From: Methylorubrum extorquens
GTDB lineage: Bacteria; Pseudomonadota; Alphaproteobacteria; Rhizobiales; Beijerinckiaceae
Assembly: GCA_900234795.1 (NCBI GenBank)
Contig: LT962688.1
Span: 5,100,001 to 5,132,000 of the forward strand
Reading direction: 5' to 3'
Length of the DNA: 32,000 nucleotides
The notes beneath the pieces are model-generated. The model was not told where the DNA came from, made no database searches, and worked only from the letters and a program-made list of their open reading frames with translations. Position numbers and translations under genes: made by a program. Positions 1-8,556 of this stretch are shown here, one piece after another. Position 1 is the stretch's first letter. The number at the start of each line of letters is the position of its first letter.

Positions 1-1481
1 GCGAAGTCGATGACGATCAGGTCGATGCACGGATCGGCTTCGAGAAAGGCCAGGGCCTGCAGGCCGGAGCCCGCCTCCCGCACGTCGTAGCCGGTCTCGA
101 CGAGCCGCGTCGCGGTGACCTCGCGAACCTCCGCGTCGTCGTCGACCACGAGGAGTACGGGCGTACTCCCGGGCGGATGCCTCACGGCGCAGTCAACTGG
201 CTCCGGCTTGACGTCGTCACCGTCAGCCTCGGTCTCGTCGCGCGGTAGGTAGACCTTGATCGAGGTGCCCTCGCCGGGGACCGTATCGATGCGAATGCCG
301 CCGCCCGATTGCTTGACGAAACCGTAGACCTGGGCGAGCCCAAGCCCCGAACCTTTGCCGACCTCCTTCGTCGTGAAGAACGGCTCGAACACCCGCGCCA
401 GCACCTCCGGGGGCATGCCGGTGCCGGTGTCGCTCACCGAGATCATGACGTACTCGCCGGGGCTCGGCCGCTCCGGCCGGGTCGGCGGCGCCGCGACGGC
501 GACGTTGGCAGTCTCGATGATCAGCCGCCCGCCCACCGCCATCGCGTCCCGTGCGTTGATGGCGAGGTTGAGGATGACGAGTTCGATCTGCGTCGCATCC
601 ACTCGCGCCGGCCACAGGTCGGGCTGGAGCATCGTCTCGATACGCACGGCTCCGCCGATGGAGCTCTGCAGCAGGTCGCGCATAGACGCGACCGTTGTGT
701 TAAGGCTCACCGGCGACGGATCAAGGCGTTGGCGTCGCGAGAAAGCCAAGAGCTGAGCCGTCAGGCTCGCGCCACGGGCGGCCGCCCCACGCATCATGGC
801 GAGGCGCCGCTTCGAGCGCTCGTCCAAGACTGCCCGTTCCAGGAACTCGATGTTGCCGGCGATGACAGTCAGCAGGTTGTTGAAGTCGTGCGCCACGCCA
901 CTGGTCAACTGACCCACCGCTTCCAGGCGTTGGGCGAGCCGCAGAGCCTCCTCGGCCCGCTCGCGCTCGACAATCTGGGCCTGCAGAGCAGCGTTCGCCT
1001 CCGCAAGCTCGCGGGTGCGCTCGGCGATGCGCGCCTCGAGGGTCTGGTTAAGCGCCTGCAGGGCGGCCTCGGCCGCGCGCTTGTCGGCCCTCGCGCGCGC
1101 CTCGGCGAGTGCCCGAACCACCGTCCGCGTCATCCGGTCGAGCCGCTGCTTGGTGATGTAGTCCGTGGCGCCGTTCTTCAGAGCCTCGACGGCCAAGTCC
1201 TCACCCAGCGTGCCCGAGCAGAAGACGAACGGGATGTCCGGGCACTGCGCCCGGGCGATGCCGAGCGCGCTGACCCCGTCGAAGGTCGGCAGCACGTAGT
1301 CGGCGAGGATGAGATCGTACCGGTCGGCGACCGCTGCTGCCGCGAACGCGTCGCGGGTCATCACCCGTTCGATCACGACCGGGTGCTCCAGGTTCTCCAA
1401 CTCAGCCTCAATGAGCTCCGCGTCCAGGTCGCTGTCCTCCAGGTGGAGGATGCGGAGTGGTGCGAGGGCCCCGTCGATCAC
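1..1481 (-). CDS. Hybrid sensor histidine kinase/response regulator (REC - coiled coil - HisKA - HATPase_c - REC); 3' end lies beyond the window start
   Basis: Absent from the ORF track because it has no stop inside the window. My minus-strand translation reads LRILHLEDSDLDAELIE...YDLILADYVLPTFDG (REC). It continues with H-box EAVGQLTSGVAHDFNNLLTVI, N-box ELVILNLAINARDAM, G1 ISVSDTGTGMPPEV and G2 GKGSGLGLAQVYGF. It ends with PVLLVVDDDAEVRE...CIDLIVIDF (second REC). The GTG at 1481-1479 overlaps the TGA of the upstream regulator (GTGA). An in-frame TTG at 1496 is an alternative start. The 497-aa plus-strand ORF 309..1802 is its antisense shadow. Confidence 0.85.
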   Translation of the reverse strand, partial: MIDGALAPLRILHLEDSDLDAELIEAELENLEHPVVIERVMTRDAFAAAAVADRYDLILADYVLPTFDGVSALGIARAQCPDIPFVFCSGTLGEDLAVEALKNGATDYITKQRLDRMTRTVVRALAEARARADKRAAEAALQALNQTLEARIAERTRELAEANAALQAQIVERERAEEALRLAQRLEAVGQLTSGVAHDFNNLLTVIAGNIEFLERAVLDERSKRRLAMMRGAAARGASLTAQLLAFSRRQRLDPSPVSLNTTVASMRDLLQSSIGGAVRIETMLQPDLWPARVDATQIELVILNLAINARDAMAVGGRLIIETANVAVAAPPTRPERPSPGEYVMISVSDTGTGMPPEVLARVFEPFFTTKEVGKGSGLGLAQVYGFVKQSGGGIRIDTVPGEGTSIKVYLPRDETEADGDDVKPEPVDCAVRHPPGSTPVLLVVDDDAEVREVTATRLVETGYDVREAGSGLQALAFLEADPCIDLIVIDF

Positions 1482-1939
1482 GTGTTCGATGGCCAACCTC
1501 CTGTGTGCGGCGGCGGCTCGTTCAAGAGAGCCCAGAATACCCCAAGCTCCTTGATGGCCGCAAAGAACTCGTCGAACGCCACCGGCTTCACCACGAAGGC
1601 GTTCACCCCCAGGTTGTATGAGCGGACCACGTCGGTCTCCTCGCGCGAGGAGGTCAGCATCACCACCGGGACAGCCCGAGTGACCGGGTCACCCTTGATC
1701 TGGGCGAGGACCTCCAGCCCGTCGACTTTGGGCAGCTTCAGGTCCAGCAGCACGACGGCCGGGTCTTGGACTTGCCGACCCGCATGCGGGCCGCGTCGGT
1801 AGATGAAATCGAGCGCCTCGGCACCATCGCGACAGATGATAATCTCGTTGGCCAACTGGCACGATTCGAACGCGGCGAGCGTGAGCTCGATGTCGTTCGG
1901 GTTGTCCTCGACGAGGAGTATCGGCTTCAGTCCCGCCAT
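1478..1939 (-). CDS. Single-domain CheY-like response regulator
   Basis: 153-aa ORF with a receiver signature: ILLVEDNPNDIEL, VVLLDLKLPKVDG, VVMLTSS, GVNAFVVKP. Its ATG at 1939 lies 1 nt after the TGA of the phytochrome-type kinase (TGAaATG). Its own TGA overlaps the GTG of the next gene. The three genes therefore look translationally coupled. Confidence 0.9.
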   Translation of the reverse strand: MAGLKPILLVEDNPNDIELTLAAFESCQLANEIIICRDGAEALDFIYRRGPHAGRQVQDPAVVLLDLKLPKVDGLEVLAQIKGDPVTRAVPVVMLTSSREETDVVRSYNLGVNAFVVKPVAFDEFFAAIKELGVFWALLNEPPPHTGGWPSNT

Positions 1940-1940
1940 T

Positions 1941-3393
1941 TCAGTGCGCCTCCTCTCGGATGGGTAGCGTGAAGTAAAAGGTTGCGCCCTTACCTAGATC
2001 GCCCTCTGCCCAAGTCCGGCCACCGTGGCGTTCGACGATGCGGCGTACGTTGGCGAGGCCGATGCCGGTGCCCTCGAACTCCTCGACCCGGTGCAGGCGC
2101 TGGAAGACGCCGAACAGCTTGTCGACGTAGGCCATGTCGAAGCCGACGCCGTTGTCACGAACGAAGAACACCGCCTCGCCGTCCTGCGTCGGCATCCGGC
2201 CAACTTCGATGACCGCCTCTGGCCTGCCGCGGCTGTACTTTACCGCATTCGATAGCAGGTTCTCGATTACGAGCCGCAGCATCGCCGGGTCGGCGTAGGC
2301 GCGTCCAAGTTGGCCCACTTCCCAGCGGACGGCACGGTCGTCCGGCACGTCGCGTAGCACCTTGCGCCGGACCTCCTCGACCAGGGCGTTCATGTCGCCC
2401 GCGACCTTCCGGAGCGAGTGCCGCCCCATCTGCGAGAAGCTGAGGAGGTTGTCGACCAGCGTCCCGGCCGAGAACGCCGCTTCGATGATGGTCCCGACGT
2501 AGTGGTGGCCCTTCTCCGAGAGATTGACGCCCTCGCGGGTCTTGAGCAGGTTCGCGTAGCCTACGATGTGCCGAAACGGCGCGCGCAGGTCGTGGCTCAC
2601 CGAGTACGAGAAAGCCTCAAGCTCCTTATTCGTGCGCTGCAGTTCCTCACTCATTGCCGCGAGCTCCTCGGCCCGGCGCAGCACGATGCCGAGCACTGAT
2701 GCGCGCAGGTCCTTGGCTGCCTCGATCTCCGGAAGCGACCATGGCAGAGAACGGCTCTTCAGCGTCTCCTTCCAGGTCTCGAATGACTTGCGTGGGTGCA
2801 GCCGGTCGGGTCCGCCCTCGGGGTCGGGCTGCGCCGCCTTCACCGGGTTGCCACCCCATTTCACCGTGCGCACCACCTCGGGTCTAAACCAGAGGATGTA
2901 GCTGGCGTACCGCTTCGAGACTGAGATCGCGAGGAGCCCGCTCGCCCGTTCTGCGAAGGTCCCCGCCTGCGGGAAAGCTTCGGGGAGAGCCTCCGTCGCG
3001 AAGACTTCGTCGGTGTCCCCGCGCGAGGACCGCCAGTCGTACAGGGCGCGCACCTCGCGCTCCTCTGGCGTCGCGCCTAGGAGCCGGCAGCGGTCGGCGG
3101 TGACGACCGCCGCGCCCGATGCGTTCACCAGCGAGAGGACGTCGTCGGGGTGTTTCAGCAAGCCGTCGACGAAGCTGTCCTCCTCGGCCATGAAGGCGAG
3201 GAGGCGCGCTTGCACGGCCCCGAGCGCCAGGCGCTGCTCAGCCTGCTCGCCGCGCACCTTGGCGGAGAGTTGCAAGGCGAAGATCTGGGTGAGAAAGTCG
3301 CAGGCGTTGCGCGCCTGCAGCGGCACGCGCCTGGGCTCGCAATTATGGCAGGAGACCAAACCCCAGAGAGCCCCGTCCACCAGGATCGACACC
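1941..3393 (-). pseudogene. bphP: Bacteriophytochrome-type histidine kinase, 5'-truncated (PAS and most of GAF removed by IS insertion)
   Basis: From ORF 1941..3476. Native sequence begins at SILVDGALWGLVSCHN (end of a phytochrome GAF domain). PHY-type motifs follow: ILWFRPEVVRTVKWGGNP, HPRKSFETWKE, SLPWS. Then come the HisKA H-box FSYSVSHDLRAPFRHI and HATPase boxes NLLSNAVKY, DNGVGFD, GTGIGLANV. The first 28 codons of the ORF (3476..3394, MGRFLDIDPSSWLESHTKGRTTPLGADQ) are read antisense out of the IS terminus. They are not phytochrome sequence. Confidence 0.85.
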
Positions 3394-3456
3394 TGATCCG
3401 CCCCCAGCGGAGTGGTCCGCCCTTTAGTATGGCTTTCGAGCCAGGAGGACGGATCG

Positions 3457-3735
3457 ATGTCGAGGAAGCGACCCAAGCCTGAGGAGATTGTCGCGAAGCT
3501 GCGCCAAGCCGACGTGCTGATCGGTCAAGGTACGAGCGTGGCGGAGGCAATCCGGGCGATCGGCGTGAGCGAGGTTACCTACTACCGCTGGCGTCGTGAG
3601 TTCGGCGGGCTGAAGACCGATCAGGTCCGGCGCATGAAGGACCTGGAGACGGAGAACCAGCGGCTCAGGAAGGCGATTGCAGACCTGACGCTCGACAAGC
3701 TCATCCTGCAGGAGGCGGCACGGGGAAACTTCTGA
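3457..3735 (+). CDS. IS3-family transposase OrfA (HTH, leucine-zipper type)
   Basis: MSRKRPKPEEIVAKLRQADVLIGQGTSVAEAIRAIGVSEVTYYRWRREFGGLK...LTLDKLILQEAARGNF. The ATG at 3457 is preceded by GGAGGACGGATCG. The track ORF starts at an upstream GTG (3412), which I consider less likely. Confidence 0.85.
   Translation: MSRKRPKPEEIVAKLRQADVLIGQGTSVAEAIRAIGVSEVTYYRWRREFGGLKTDQVRRMKDLETENQRLRKAIADLTLDKLILQEAARGNF
3723..3729 (+). other. Candidate programmed -1 ribosomal frameshift heptamer G_GGA_AAC (orfA to orfB)
   Basis: It fits X_XXY_YYZ in the orfA frame (codons GGA AAC at 3724..3729), 4 nt before the orfA stop. The orfB frame is open from at least 3660. The fusion would read ...QEAARGKLLSPARRRACVEHIMLTMNVSERR. 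The same site occurs in copy B at 16936..16942. Confidence 0.55.
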
Positions 3736-3770
3736 GCCCCGCGCGCCGACGCGCCTGTGTCGAGCACATC

Positions 3771-4640
3771 ATGCTGACGATGAACGTCTCCGAGCGGCGC
3801 ACCTGCCGGGCGCTCGGTCAGCATCGCTCGACGCAGCGCAAGGTGCCGCGGGGCCGGGAGGATGAGGCCGCGCTCACCGCCGACCTCGTCGCGTTGGCCG
3901 AGCGGTATGGCCGCTACGGTTACCGCAAGATCTGCGCGCTGCTGAAGGCCGCCGGCTGGTTCGTCAACGACAAGCGCGTCGAGCGGATTTGGCGGCGTGA
4001 AGGGCTGAAGGTGCCGACCCGCCAACCCAAGCGCGGGCGCCTCTGGGACAACGACGGCTCCTGCTTGCGGCTGCGGCCTGAGCGGCGCGACCACGTCTGG
4101 TCCTACGACTTCGTCGAAGCGCGCACCCACGATGGCCGGAAGGTGCGCATGCTCAACGTGATTGACGAGTTCACCCGCGAGTGCTTGGCGATCCGGGTCG
4201 CACGCAAGCTCAAGGCAGTCGACGTGATCGACGTCTTGTCCGACCTGTTCATACTGCGCGGCGTGCCCGAGCATGTTCGCTCGGACAATGGCCCTGAGTT
4301 CGTGGCCAAGAGCGTGCAGGCTTGGATCATGGGGGTGGGCGCGAAGACGGCCTACATCGCGCCAGGATCGCCCTGGGAAAATGGCTTCGTCGAAAGCTTC
4401 AACGCACGGCTACGCGACGAACTGCTGGACGGAGAGATCTTCTATAGCTTGCGGGAGGCGCAGATCCTGATCGAGAGCTGGCGGCGGCACTACAACACCG
4501 TCCGCCCGCATGGCGCACTCGGCTATCGGCCGCCCGCGCCAGAGGTCTTCTTACCCGCGTTCACCGCTTGGCCGGCTGCGCTCACCCCACCGGCTCCGCC
4601 GGCCAAGCGACCCGTGGAGCAAAGGCCAACCGTGCACTAA
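3771..4640 (+). CDS. IS3-family transposase OrfB (DDE/rve integrase core), probably made as an OrfAB fusion
   Basis: 289-aa ORF in the -1 frame relative to orfA. DDE-type core: VWSYDFVEARTHDGRKVRMLNVIDEFTRECL, HVRSDNGPEFVA, GSPWENGFVESFNARLRDE, YNTVRPHGALGYRPP. Confidence 0.9.
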   Translation: MLTMNVSERRTCRALGQHRSTQRKVPRGREDEAALTADLVALAERYGRYGYRKICALLKAAGWFVNDKRVERIWRREGLKVPTRQPKRGRLWDNDGSCLRLRPERRDHVWSYDFVEARTHDGRKVRMLNVIDEFTRECLAIRVARKLKAVDVIDVLSDLFILRGVPEHVRSDNGPEFVAKSVQAWIMGVGAKTAYIAPGSPWENGFVESFNARLRDELLDGEIFYSLREAQILIESWRRHYNTVRPHGALGYRPPAPEVFLPAFTAWPAALTPPAPPAKRPVEQRPTVH

Positions 4641-4764
4641 CTCTATGCCTGGACCACCCGGTGGGGGCAGATCAGTCTGAGTATTAAGCCACTATCAAAG
4701 TAAAAGTGGACCTTCGCGGGTCACCGCAGGGGAGGCGGTGAGCTGAGGCCTCGTTCGCGGCGAC

Positions 4765-5043
4765 GTGCCACTGCCGTTGCCCGAGGCTCCATCTTCCATG
4801 CTTTCCGACGCACTCGCTCGTCAATCGAGCGCTCACGTTCGGCCAGGGCGCACGAACCTCACGCCGCTCGCCGGCGTGCAGGTGGGTGAGGAGGTGCCGG
4901 CTAGCTCGGGCCTGCTCAGCGGCTTCATCGGAAAGTTCGTCGGCACTGCAGCGGGCGGCGCCGTTGGCGTCATCCCTCTGGAAGTGATGGGCTCGCTATT
5001 CGACTATCGGCTGCCGATCGAGGACATACAGAGGGTGGCGTGA
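4765..5043 (+). CDS. Hypothetical protein; only the C-terminal ~60 codons look coding (Gly-rich hydrophobic segment)
   Basis: Third-position GC is high only from about 4855 onward (NLTPLAGVQVGEEVPASSGLLSGFIGKFVGTAAGGAVGVIPLEV...). An in-frame TGA at 4744 prevents extension to the IS junction. The start is unclear. Confidence 0.3.
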   Translation: MPLPLPEAPSSMLSDALARQSSAHVRPGRTNLTPLAGVQVGEEVPASSGLLSGFIGKFVGTAAGGAVGVIPLEVMGSLFDYRLPIEDIQRVA

Positions 5044-5187
5044 TACACCATTTCAAATTAAGTCTACATACCGTTCTCCCTACGAGGGCCGCTTGAGATC
5101 CCATCCAGAATTTAGATCAGGCACCTCGCGAGGAAAACAACGACCTGAGGACGAGACAACGGGTGCGGATTGCTGGCAGTTATATTA

Positions 5188-5583
5188 CTAATATTCGCGA
5201 CCAATATTAAACCATACGCTCTCCAGCACCATAGCGCGCCAGTCTGAATGCTGGGGATCCATATGCACAATGTACATGTTGGCTTCATCTAAGGCATCAA
5301 GGCCGCCAACAGCGTGAATACGCTCGCCGAGCCGGAGGAGTTCCCGCCAGTAGGAATCTCCAGTTAGGTCTGCGCCAACACGGCCGAGATCCGGCCCAAG
5401 CTGTGCCCTTCCGGGTACCTGCCATGTAGTGAGTACTCCTCCGTCGCGCACGGCACTGAAGGTTAGGCCAACGCGCTCGCTCTCAACCATGCTCCGCAGC
5501 AGAGCATCAGTGGCGACCTCCGTGTCAGAGCCCTCATTTCTGTGCACGAACGCCTCCTCAAATTGCTCAACAAAGGCGTTCAC
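5188..5583 (-). CDS. Hypothetical protein (131 aa), no family recognised
   Basis: ORF with a GTG start and a weak SD (AGGCGG). The upstream in-frame TAA leaves no earlier start. It lies at the edge of the low-GC island. Confidence 0.45.
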   Translation of the reverse strand: MNAFVEQFEEAFVHRNEGSDTEVATDALLRSMVESERVGLTFSAVRDGGVLTTWQVPGRAQLGPDLGRVGADLTGDSYWRELLRLGERIHAVGGLDALDEANMYIVHMDPQHSDWRAMVLESVWFNIGREY

Positions 5584-5893
5584 CGCCCGATGCCGCCTAG
5601 CCCATTGCCGCGCTTATGGCGTTACGTCCGGTCAGGCTTCGATCGCCACCGCAGCAATGTGGAATGCTTGATGTAACGCGCAAATCGCACACTTATGTCA
5701 TCGGCGTGTGGAGCGGGCGGCGATGGCCCAGCTTACGACAGATCAACCCCGAACTCTGGTGAGAGCAATTGCACGTGATAGCTACAGATGGCCGCCAGAA
5801 ATACTCATAGAAAACACGCGGCGAGCAAATTAGTCGCTCACACAGACATTTGCAGCATAGTAAACGCTTTAATAGGGCCGATATTTGCGATAA

Positions 5894-6202
5894 TCAGAGC
5901 GGCAGCCGCCCTTGAATCACAATTTCGACCGCTGAACTGCCCTTTGGGTCAGCGAGTACGACCCCGACAGATCGGCCTTTAGACAAAAAGATTCGGGCGG
6001 CACCGGCGTCGAAAGCTCGCATCAAATGCGCGGTATCGCCCTCGATCTGCCCGTCTCCAGAATATGTATTTCGGTCGAGATAGCTATCGATCTCATAGCT
6101 GACGATGCCGAGGTTGAGCAGATCATCCCCAATCGTGAGATCCCCCCGTCCACGTATCGTACCAAGATATCTAGGCATAGACCGCTTACCAATGCTAGTC
6201 AT
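5894..6202 (-). CDS. Hypothetical protein (102 aa), low-GC orphan
   Basis: The ATG is preceded by AGGAAAttcaatgca. Codon usage is AT-rich, unlike the surrounding high-GC genes. I recognise no motif. Confidence 0.5.
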   Translation of the reverse strand: MTSIGKRSMPRYLGTIRGRGDLTIGDDLLNLGIVSYEIDSYLDRNTYSGDGQIEGDTAHLMRAFDAGAARIFLSKGRSVGVVLADPKGSSAVEIVIQGRLPL

Positions 6203-6272
6203 TGCATTGAATTTCCTAATTTCTAGCGAGGGAAGCTATCGGAACGTTAAGCAGGATCGAGCCTGTACCAAA

Positions 6273-6635
6273 TTATAGTCGCTCTTTTTCTGCTTGGAGT
6301 TCGTCGGCTGTTACGAAAAACAGGGATGAAAGACAACGCATCGCTTCCACACGGCGATTATTTTCTACATTCTTCCCGTCATTAGGAACCGCCAGCGCTT
6401 CCATGAACGCAGCGTCAATTGATTCGTTGTCTAGGCGTTCGGCGAGTCGCCGCAACGATTGATGGCCAGTATAGCATGTTTTTGCATCTATTTTAATCGC
6501 AAGAACAAAATCTGCGACAGCTGGTCCGAGTTCCATGCTTCGATGTCGTGAGTACGCTGACACAAGTGATTGACTTTTCCCAAACCAGTAATACTCAAGA
6601 CTTGTCAATCTTGGTGGTGCCATGATCAACTCCAT
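6273..6635 (-). CDS. Hypothetical protein (116-120 aa), low-GC orphan
   Basis: ORF MELIMAPPRLTSLEYYWFGK.... The second ATG (6623) has the better SD (GGAG 8 nt upstream). I recognise no motif. Confidence 0.5.
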   Translation of the reverse strand: MELIMAPPRLTSLEYYWFGKSQSLVSAYSRHRSMELGPAVADFVLAIKIDAKTCYTGHQSLRRLAERLDNESIDAAFMEALAVPNDGKNVENNRRVEAMRCLSSLFFVTADELQAEKERL

Positions 6636-6705
6636 CTTTCCGGATTTATCGGCAGTATACTAAGTGCATATTGTTATTTTGGTCGCTAGCACCGCAAATG
6701 TAATG

Positions 6706-6912
6706 CTAACGTTTTTTACTACGATTTGGGCCGAGTTCCGCCATGATAGCCGCATCATGGTACCAGGCCGAGCCGAACACCTCAGGTTGTTTTGTTTCTG
6801 ATTCAGTTATCTCCTCCGGCTTTATCCGATCGAGGCGTGAAGCCTTCTGATTCGGGTTTGCCGGTTCAACCTTGCCGCCGAAGATCGGAGGCCTGAACAC
6901 AGATATGCTCAT
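6706..6912 (-). CDS. Small protein (68 aa) with an AWYHDAAI motif; resembles DUF2735-type alphaproteobacterial proteins (from memory, unverified)
   Basis: MSISVFRPPIFGGK...EVFGSAWYHDAAIMAELG. The ATG is preceded by AAAGAGtcgatct. It is the first gene downstream of the AT-rich divergent region. Confidence 0.5.
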   Translation of the reverse strand: MSISVFRPPIFGGKVEPANPNQKASRLDRIKPEEITESETKQPEVFGSAWYHDAAIMAELGPNRSKKR

Positions 6913-7119
6913 AGATCGACTCTTTGTTATAAAGCCTGAAATTCATCCAGCTTAATATTTAATGATCATTGATTCGTATTCAACCCCCATAAAATATTAA
7001 TGTCAGAAATAATCGTATTTTTCTCTAGGCGGTCATTGGCAAAAGTTTGAGGAACGAAGGACGTCTCGAAGCGTTGTTTGTTAGAGATATAAAATATATG
7101 CTAATTTCTTTCCGCTCAT
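6913..7119. promoter_or_regulatory. Very AT-rich divergent intergenic region with a perfect 10-bp palindrome AATGATCATT (6961..6970)
   Basis: 207 bp at roughly 30% GC, between the minus-strand gene string (6912 downwards) and the plus-strand ORF at 7120. Multiple TATAAT/TTGACA-like strings are possible. The palindrome lies 49 bp upstream of the 6912 start. Confidence 0.35.
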
Positions 7120-7473
7120 ATGGCTGGAATTTGGCATGTATTCAATGTAGGGACGGAAGTCATGGCGACAATACTACGGTTCGGACGTAAAGTGCGGCTT
7201 CCATCAACATTCGAGATAAAGCGAGAGCTCATGATGATGGTCAAGGCGGATGCTATTGCTGCTGTATTGAAGGCCCAGGAATGTAGTGCGGATGATTTTG
7301 CGAACGTATTGGAAGAGTTGAATTTAAAATATCACGTTTCGCGAGACAGAGTGAACATGCTTCTCTGTCGTTTCGGGCCAGGGCAGTCCGGGGCGATGGA
7401 GGCCGCAAAAAGTCTCAATGCGCGGAAGCATCAGTACGACTTTAGGAACAATGGGCCAAAGGATTTTTCCTAG
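7120..7473 (+). CDS. Hypothetical protein (103-117 aa), low-GC orphan
   Basis: ORF with alternative ATGs at 7120 and 7162 (MATILRFGRKVRLPS...). Codon usage is AT-rich. I recognise no motif. Confidence 0.45.
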   Translation: MAGIWHVFNVGTEVMATILRFGRKVRLPSTFEIKRELMMMVKADAIAAVLKAQECSADDFANVLEELNLKYHVSRDRVNMLLCRFGPGQSGAMEAAKSLNARKHQYDFRNNGPKDFS

Positions 7474-7963
7474 CAGACTGCTGCTTACAAAAAGTTGGAT
7501 GCAGCATGTCGACAACGCTTCTCATCCAGGCGGCGGGCACCTGCGCGGTGCACTCAACTGAGTCGATTGGATTCGTGCTCTGCGTGAGCGAGGCCGGAAC
7601 GAGCCAATACTGAAGGTAATGCGTTCCAACATCGCCGTGGTGAGGTATGGCAACGAACTTGCAACTCGGCAGCCCTTATCGAAGGTTCGGGAGCGACACG
7701 ATCCTGCCGTTTAGCATCCACCGGCCGAACCGTCGCTTTCCACCTCAAAGCCATCCTCTTACGGTCAAGCTCCTGAAATTGCGATCGGTCCCAAGTTCGA
7801 GAATATGAATTTGAGCTGCATGACGGCTATCGCGTGATTGACTTCGGATAGAGCGTCACTATTGTCTGTCCTGCACCGATCGACGAAGAATATGCGCGGG
7901 TCGGGTACGAGAACGGATGTGAGGCCGCCATAGGCCCTGCCGCTTCTCACGTTGGAAAGATGC

Positions 7964-7996
7964 GCCCCGAGCGAATGACCCGCTGCGGGGCTTTTT
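7964..7996 (+). terminator. Rho-independent terminator-like hairpin
   Basis: GCCCCGAGCG-aatgacc-CGCTGCGGGGC forms a 10-bp stem with one bulged G, followed by TTTTT (7992..7996). It lies in a stretch with no convincing ORF. Confidence 0.4.
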
Positions 7997-8556
7997 CATC
8001 CCCCGCGCATCATGAGCCGCTGCGTCATCCGACAAGCCCAGCTTGAGCCAGGTCGCCCGCATGCAAGTGGAGCGGTGACGAGGGTTGAAGCAGCCTGCTG
8101 CAGTTATTGGCGTTACCGTAGCAGGCGTGTGACGAGGCCTATCAGGCGAAGGACCCAAATCCTTCGAACGCATTCGTCGGCGGTGCAGTCGGCTTGCTGC
8201 CGTCCTTCGGCAGGGCATCTGCGCCCTCGGCAAGCTGATGGATCATTTGATTAGGTTCGCTTGGGTGGATCTAGTTCGAGACAGAGGCGAGCGGCGAGGC
8301 AGAGCGATCGAGCTGCGTGTCTGAAGTCATCCGAACTCCTTAAAAATGCGACCGCGGAAACGGCCGAGCTTCGGATATGCCATGGCGGATGATTTGCAAA
8401 CCGTTGCGGGTGTGAACTGCGAGCGGGCGCACTTAGGCAAGGGTTCGTAGAGCTCGGCCGCCTCACCACTCCCGCCCTGCGTCTCGGCACCCTGGATGCG
8501 ACCTATCTCTCGTTCGCGCGTTCCTTCAGGAGACAAAAGTCTCAGGAGGAATATAA

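Larger units (their letters stand above)
3394..4674 (+). mobile_element. IS3-family insertion sequence, copy A (1281 bp)
   Basis: The termini TGATCCGCCCCCAGCGGAGTGGTCC and GGACCACCCGGTGGGGGCAGATCA form about 25-bp imperfect inverted repeats with the TG...CA ends typical of IS3. It has two transposase frames, with orfB in the -1 frame. A second copy lies at 16607..17887. I found only two differences between them (3436 T vs 16649 A; 4559 G vs 17772 C). No matching direct repeat flanks the element (left ...GACACC, right GTCTGA...). Confidence 0.9.

Noticed and set aside
309-1802. 497-aa plus-strand ORF, the longest ORF in the left part of the track
   Set aside because: It is Arg/His/Gly-rich low-complexity sequence. 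It lies exactly antisense to a minus-strand frame with clear REC, HisKA and HATPase motifs. It is a typical high-GC shadow ORF.
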